The notes below the pieces were generated by a model that saw nothing but the letters and a program-made list of their open reading frames with translations, searched no databases and was not told the origin of the DNA. A DNA stretch of 64,000 bases from Octopus vulgaris (taxonomy: Eukaryota): the NCBI GenBank assembly GCA_951406725.2, contig OX597827.1, forward strand, positions 17,856,001-17,920,000, given 5' to 3'. Below are positions 57,217-64,000 of the stretch, one piece after another. Position 1 is the stretch's first letter. The number at the start of each line of letters is the position of its first letter. A program made the position numbers and the translations under genes.

Positions 57217-57452
57217 TGGAGGCACATAGCCTAGTGGTTAAAGCAGCAGACTCGTGGTCGAGGGACCGCAGGTCCGAATCTCAGACCGGGCGATGTGTGT
57301 GTTTATGAGCGAAAAAACCTAAGCTCCACGCGGTTCGGGCAGAAGGAAATGGCGAACTTCTGCTGACTCTTTCGCCACAACTTTCTCTCACTCTTTCCTC
57401 ATGCATCTTGCAGGTCACCTGCGACGAACCGGCGTCCCGTCCAAGTGGGGAA
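57217..57452 (+). mobile_element. SINE family C variant, 3'-truncated
   Basis: Homology. Confidence 0.85.
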
Positions 57453-57454
57453 TC

Positions 57455-57495
<41 letters not shown>

Positions 57496-57785
57496 TACGA
57501 TGTATTCGATGCTCTCCCAGTTTTGCCCTCGATTTAGGTCTATGGTATTTCAGTAAGTTAATCAGGAATGATGGCGTATAGATCTCATATCTTTTGCAAC
57601 ACCCCGTTCCCTGATTGATGTGATTTGCCAGGCTAATGTCCAACAGAAACATGTACGTCAGCAGGTAAACAAGCTTGAGCAGAAGTGAGAACTGCGCGGA
57701 GAGGCGTATGAGCAGAATGTTTGCAACAGAACGAAATATTCTAAATTTATCCAAAGAACAAATAGCGCAGCAAGACCGAAGGAGA

Positions 57786-58442
57786 GCATTGAATCACTAG
57801 GTTCAAGCAAAGGACGTATTGAATCACTTGGTTCAAGCAAAGGACGTATTGAACTACTTGGTTCAAGCAAAGGACGTATTGAATCACTTGGTTCAAGCAA
57901 AGGACGTATTGAACCACTTGGTTCAAGCAAAGGACGTATTGAATCACTTGGTTCAAGCAAAGGACGTATTGAATCACTTGGTTCAAGCAAAGGACGCATT
58001 GAATCACTTGGTTCAAGCAAAGGACGTATTGAACCACTTGGTTCAAGCAAAGGACGCATTGAATCACTTGGTTCAAGCAAAGGACGTATTGAATCACTTG
58101 GTTCAAGCAAAGGACGTATTGAACCACTTGGTTCAAGCAAAGGACGCATTGAATCACTTGGTTCAAGCAAAGGACGTATTGAATCACTTGGTTCAAGCAA
58201 AGGACGTATTGAACCACTTGGTTCAAGCAAAGGACGTATTGAATCACTTGGTTCAAGCAAAGGACGTATTGAATCACTTGGTTCAAGCAAAGGACGTATT
58301 GAATCACTTGGTTCAAGCAAAGGACGTATTGAATCACTTGGTTCAAGCAAAGGACGTATTGAACCACTTGGTTCAAGCAAAGGACGCATTGAACCACTTG
58401 GTTCAAGCAAAGGACGCATTGAATCACTAGGTTCAAGCAAAG
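57786..58442. repeat. 30-bp minisatellite, about 22 units
   Basis: aggacg(t/c)attgaa(t/c)cacttggttcaagcaa head-to-tail with no spacers. Confidence 0.98.
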
Positions 58443-58534
58443 CTCACGACTGGATAGAAAGTCCCTGACCTCAGCCTTCTAATCAATTGTAACAATTCTA
58501 CAAAGAGCAATAGTTAATTAAAATAGAGACTTAC

Positions 58535-58604
58535 TTTCATGGCAGCATCATAGTAAGGACCTAGAGTTCCAGCGTTCACGGATTCAACCATAACTTTGGC
58601 ACAC
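58535..58604 (-). CDS. BTBD16: BTBD16-like BTB/BACK protein, internal exon (first found in window)
   Basis: Acceptor ttcgtcag|, donor |gtaagt; 70 bp, phase 2 to 0. Encodes CAKVMVESVNAGTLGPYYDAAMK, aligning with recalled human BTBD16 [23 protein letters not shown]. Confidence 0.88.
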
Positions 58605-58769
58605 CTGACGAATACCGAAGAAGGAAAATTGTTCTTGAATTTATTGATGGACATTATTCTTTTATATTTTTTAGCTCTGAATGAGTAGATTTATGACTAA
58701 AACTTTTCCAGCCTTGGCAATATAAATATGCGTGTATGAGTGTATGTATATATGTATATATATGTATGT

Positions 58770-58800
<31 letters not shown>

Positions 58801-58966
58801 CATATATGTGTATATACATATATGTATATATATATGCATATATGTATGTATATATATATGTATATATATGTATCTATATATATATATATATATATATATA
58901 TGTTTATATATACATATATGTATATATATACATATGCATATATATATATATATACATTATATATAC

Positions 58967-59029
<63 letters not shown>

Positions 59030-59171
59030 ATTCAAAAAAGTTTGGTACGGTTACATGTCTTTCTGTTTTGTTCTCTCACTCCGTGTTTTAACTCTCATTT
59101 TCGATCAAATTTCCTGCGAAATAACTTAGGTTTCCTTGATGACAATGAAACCTTCATTTAAGTAAGGCATC

Positions 59172-59225
59172 TTCAGCCTGATGAATAGCTAGTAGAGTAC
59201 CCCTAGTTTCCGCTAGCTAGGAAAC

Positions 59226-59227
<2 letters not shown>
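59172..59227 (+). ncRNA. Truncated hammerhead-like motif
   Basis: CUGAUGA A UAGCUAG-(20 nt)-CUAGCUA G GAAAC; the 3' half is replaced by the (GATA)n tract. Confidence 0.45.
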
Positions 59228-59300
<73 letters not shown>

Positions 59301-59304
59301 TAGA

Positions 59305-59650
59305 TATGTTTCTTTATTAGCCACACAGGGCTGCACACAGACAGGACAAAATTACAAGGTAGAGCTTTTCTTTTGGGGGTAAAAGAAGGGGTTTCGTTTT
59401 CGATCAAAAGGGATTGTAAATGGAAAGAAAGAGGACAAAAAAAGGGGGGATAAAATAAAATTTTTAAAAAAGTGGAGGTGAGGAAAAAAAAGGGAAAGGG
59501 AAAAAAATTGATCAATAGGGATCGTTATCACAGAAATGTCAATATGAAGTGAAAAGGGGAGGACATGTGAGGTTTACCCGTGGAAAGAAAAGCCTACGGA
59601 AAAGACCACGGTAACCTCGGTCAATGAAGTCACATGTTATATTTCTTATT
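59305..59650 (-). mobile_element. 3' UTR of the same Tx1-like LINE in (GATA)n
   Basis: Matches 20915-21310; GATA repeats on both sides. Confidence 0.85.
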
Positions 59651-59653
59651 TTT

Positions 59654-59711
<58 letters not shown>

Positions 59712-59712
59712 T

Positions 59713-59768
<56 letters not shown>

Positions 59769-60182
59769 TGAAGTGGTGCTGTAAAGTTCCTGTCTTTGAG
59801 ACAAAAGAAAAAAGAAATTAAAAAAAGACCCGTTAGTTATGATTTTATTCAATTATATTCATACACTTTTTACAGCAGTCCTTAAGTTTCTCTAAACCTA
59901 AAAAAAGAACCCGAAAGGTTGGGCTCCAAACTTGGCCCTTCATGATACCCTTAAAGCCAGAAACTTTTGAGACCCACCTCTACTCTTGTATATATGTATA
60001 TTTCTTTACTACCCCCACAAGGGGCTAAACACAGAGGGGACAAACAAAGGACAGACAAACGGATTGTGTATGCATGTGTGTACGTGTATATGAATATATA
60101 TACATGTATAAATATAAACAATTTAACTTTTGCTTCTATTTTTATGAGCGGCGAGGTGTGTATATAGATATAGATAACATGA

Positions 60183-60341
60183 TAATTTATTTCCGAGCGC
60201 AGAGACGCCGTTGAAACAGCAGAAACATTAGGTAAATTACCCTTACAAAGCTGGTCGTTGACAAATTTTTCCCGCTTTGTAAAGATAATTTTTCCAATGT
60301 TTCTGCTATTCTAACGGCGCCTCTGCGTTCGAAAATAAATT

Positions 60342-60342
<1 letters not shown>
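60183..60342. repeat. Diverged inverted repeat (arms about 70 bp)
   Basis: 60183-60252 vs 60272-60342, roughly 80% complementary, in TA-rich context. Confidence 0.85.
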
Positions 60343-60434
<92 letters not shown>

Positions 60435-60439
60435 AATAT

Positions 60440-60492
<53 letters not shown>

Positions 60493-60563
60493 CATATATA
60501 CTTATATGTCTATATACATACATATATGTATAAAATATTGACGTCAACAATATATACATACAC

Positions 60564-60625
<62 letters not shown>

Positions 60626-60628
<3 letters not shown>

Positions 60629-60780
60629 ATAAAATCTTTATAAGAATGTATCATGTAGTTAGCGTGAAAAACCTCATAAGAGAAAAATCCACCAAATTTT
60701 CTCTTAAATATATTTATTTATATTATATAGAGGGCATTTATGTATAGTAATGCCCTCTATATAATATATATATAAATATA
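60626..60780. repeat. (TA)n-flanked short element ending in a hairpin
   Basis: tattatatagagggcatt / aatgccctctatataata arms within 60709-60780. Confidence 0.7.
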
Positions 60781-60801
60781 TATAAATATATATATATAAA
60801 G

Positions 60802-60842
<41 letters not shown>

Positions 60843-61312
60843 CATATATACATTCGCCATGGTAGATGGCTGGCCGCTACACATTCTTTATTTTCTCTCC
60901 TTGTTTCTTTCTGTGTTCCTTATTATCAATATGTCATCATTACCTAATCCGTCCTCTTTGTTAAGACTACCGTATGTGCTAATTTAGAAATTTCTAACAA
61001 GGGGAGCGATCCCACAGGGTCAATCTCCGTCATTAACTTGTCTTTGTTGTTATTTTTATATTATTACTGTTGATAATGCTGTACAATGACTCAATGTGCC
61101 ATTGCCAACATTAACTAATGTGACCTCCTCACGCTTTTAAGAGATCAGAAAGAGCCTTCAGAAAAATATAGCAGATATTTCTAGCACTCGGTAGGGGTCA
61201 GCTGTTTAGTTGAAGATGACTGGGTTAATGCAAGAAATGGTAAGAGAAAAAACCAATATATTTTAATATTATTTATATCATTTATATATTGTTGACTTTA
61301 TATGATAGACAA

Positions 61313-61381
<69 letters not shown>

Positions 61382-61453
61382 TGCATAAGTGTGTATGTAT
61401 ATATATATATTTATGCATATATGTATGTGTATATATATGTATGAATATATATG

Positions 61454-61493
<40 letters not shown>

Positions 61494-62185
61494 TGTGTGT
61501 GTATGTATGTATATCCATACATATATATACATATATATAATTTGTATGTTAACTTTATAACTGAATACGTATGTGTGTGTATGCGTTGTGTGTGTATGCG
61601 TATTATGTATGTATGTATGTATGTATGTATGTATTATCTATGTATGTATGTATACGTATGAATGTATGTATGCATGCATGTATGTATGCGTATGGATGTA
61701 TATATATATGTATACATGTATGTTTGTATCCGAAACACATTTAACTATATCAACATCCAGCTAGGTTTGAAAGCCATTCCGACAGTATATACTGTCTTGT
61801 TCCAGTACCTGCTGAGACATCCGTCTTTAACTCTACTAAACATCCTGGTTGCACACTGAGAAAATTGAACTCTAAATTGTCAATTAATTAATGGTCATTC
61901 TTAGATTGAACAGAGGCAACTCAATTATCCTTGCGAAAGAAATGTTTGCCTATGTCAATATCACGAACAGATACTCATACACACGGTCGCACAAACATAT
62001 ATACATTTGCACAAACACATGCATGTAGACACACACACATATATATATATGTGTGTGTTTATATATATATATATATAGGAATATGTACTTACATACAAGT
62101 CGACGCTATATATATTATATGTAGAAAAATACATATATATATTATATGTAGAAAAAAAAAGAATATATATATATATATATGTGTA

Positions 62186-62344
<159 letters not shown>

Positions 62345-62787
62345 GTATATATATATATGGGTGGGAAGGGACTGGTGACACAAGCTTTCATTCATACTTT
62401 GAATCTGGTGATACTAGCTGTGGCTTCTAGCTCGCTCTGATACTGAGTTGAGTTGGTGCCTTCTAGTATCTCAAAATTCAATATTCAATCATTCATGATT
62501 GTTTGTATCCTGCGCTGATGAAAGAAGAAGTCTGGGTAAAGTAGAGTTATCTAATTCTTATGCTTTCCTAAGACTTGATCTCGAAACGTACGTCCGTAGG
62601 TGACTTAAAACTGTATGATAGATTGCCGTTAATTCATTCTCTCTTACCTGCTTGTGTTTGCCTTTCAAGTGCTGTGTCTTTACTGTGATCTCCCTTTTAG
62701 TAGAAGAAATAGCTATAATCTCTTTGACTGCTATTTCTAAATTCGGTGTGTGGTAAGGCAATTCGTTGCTAAACCCTTAATTGCTTA

Positions 62788-62989
<202 letters not shown>

Positions 62990-63002
62990 TTATATATATA
63001 TT

Positions 63003-63239
63003 AAGGCGGCGAGCTGGCAGAAACGTTAGCACGCCGAGCGAAATGCGTAGCCGTATTTCGTCTGCCGTTATGTTCTGAGTTCAAATTCCACCGAGGTCAA
63101 CTTTGCCTTTCATCCTTTCGGGGTCGATAAATTAAGTACCAGTTACCCACTGGGGTCGATGTAATCGACTTAATACCTATGTCTGTCCTTGTTTGTCCCC
63201 TCTGTGTTTAGCCCCTTGTGGGTAATAAAGAAATAGGTA
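63003..63239 (+). mobile_element. SINE family B monomer
   Basis: Homology; ends aaagaaataggta. Confidence 0.9.
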
Positions 63240-63758
63240 CTGAGTTGTCAAACATTTAAACCAAAGTTTCTGAAAACAACTTGTCTCACCATCCAATAGG
63301 CCTCCCCTTTGAGAAACACTGATTTAACCTAAATTTGAGACACCAGAAAAAAAACAAAGATTGACTTTTTTTCTATTCCAAAGAAAAACGATTTTATTTA
63401 CACAAATATACAACCGAAGAGTTTAAAGTACCAGTAATGATAAGGCTGTTGACTGGGAGAACACAAACATGGTTTAAACAGTAAGCTTGGCAGGAAAGAA
63501 ACCTGCCTTTAAGCAGTACAAAAACAACATAAAATGGAAGGTACAGTTATGTACAGGTTGACGGAAGAAAAGCAGGACAAAAACAGCTTTATCGATCGCA
63601 TTCTCACCTGGAATCGAATCTTGTAACTTTTTCAAGACTTATACACGCCCTGATACCGTCGGTACCTACATATCAAATTTGAGCGCAATCGGATTGAGGA
63701 TGCCCCAGATCCTAGAAGACACACACACAGACAGACAGAACGGATTTTATATAATAGA
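63240..63758 (-). mobile_element. Helitron-like element, second copy
   Basis: Reverse complement of 14039-14467 with a different middle segment. Confidence 0.65.
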
Positions 63759-63877
63759 TATGTACATCTGTATGCTGTCTATACACTGTGATGCTCTGCT
63801 ATTGTAGCGAAATAAAACTATTCAATTTATAAGGGGTGTATATGTGTATTAGCATGTATATATGCGCACATAAGTAT

Positions 63878-63930
<53 letters not shown>

Positions 63931-64000
63931 TTCATACCGAAGACATGACACGATGTAGGTAAAGAACTTTGAGAATTTGAAAAGTTTACGCGAAACCGGT

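Noticed and set aside
57658-58440. 200-260 aa repeat ORFs, or a CRISPR-like array
   Set aside because: Head-to-tail 30-mer with no unique spacers and no cas genes, in a eukaryotic intron.
61132-61200. Candidate upstream BTBD16 exon (NICYIFLKALSDLLK)
   Set aside because: The frame closes too early and does not match the expected segment; that exon is probably beyond 64000.

Overview
This is AT-rich eukaryotic DNA saturated with microsatellites and retroposons. The SINE repertoire and repeat density point to an octopus (inference). Nearly all ORFs in the supplied track are microsatellite artefacts. The real gene, missed by the track, is a minus-strand BTBD16/germ-cell-less-like BTB-BACK protein. 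Seven short GT-AG exons (58535-58604, 55915-55977, 29298-29365, 28059-28181, 24787-24878, 17851-17933, 12849-12926; 577 bp) join in compatible phases into one stop-free frame; the gene's ends were not found. The introns hold four tRNA-derived SINE families, Tx1/L1, RTE and R4/Dong-type LINE remnants, Helitrons, a TIR element with 8-bp TSDs, and a decayed Penelope ORF. The most notable non-coding structure is a set of short elements, mostly in (TA)n tracts, that carry hammerhead-ribozyme motifs and/or fold-back ends and are probably Penelope-like pLTRs. It includes one near-canonical hammerhead (23839-23892) and one fold-back whose inverted arm starts at the predicted cleavage site. Also present are multimeric SINEs under a single TSD, microsatellite-specific LINE insertions, and templated local duplications. 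No database search could be run, so family names rest on recalled motifs.
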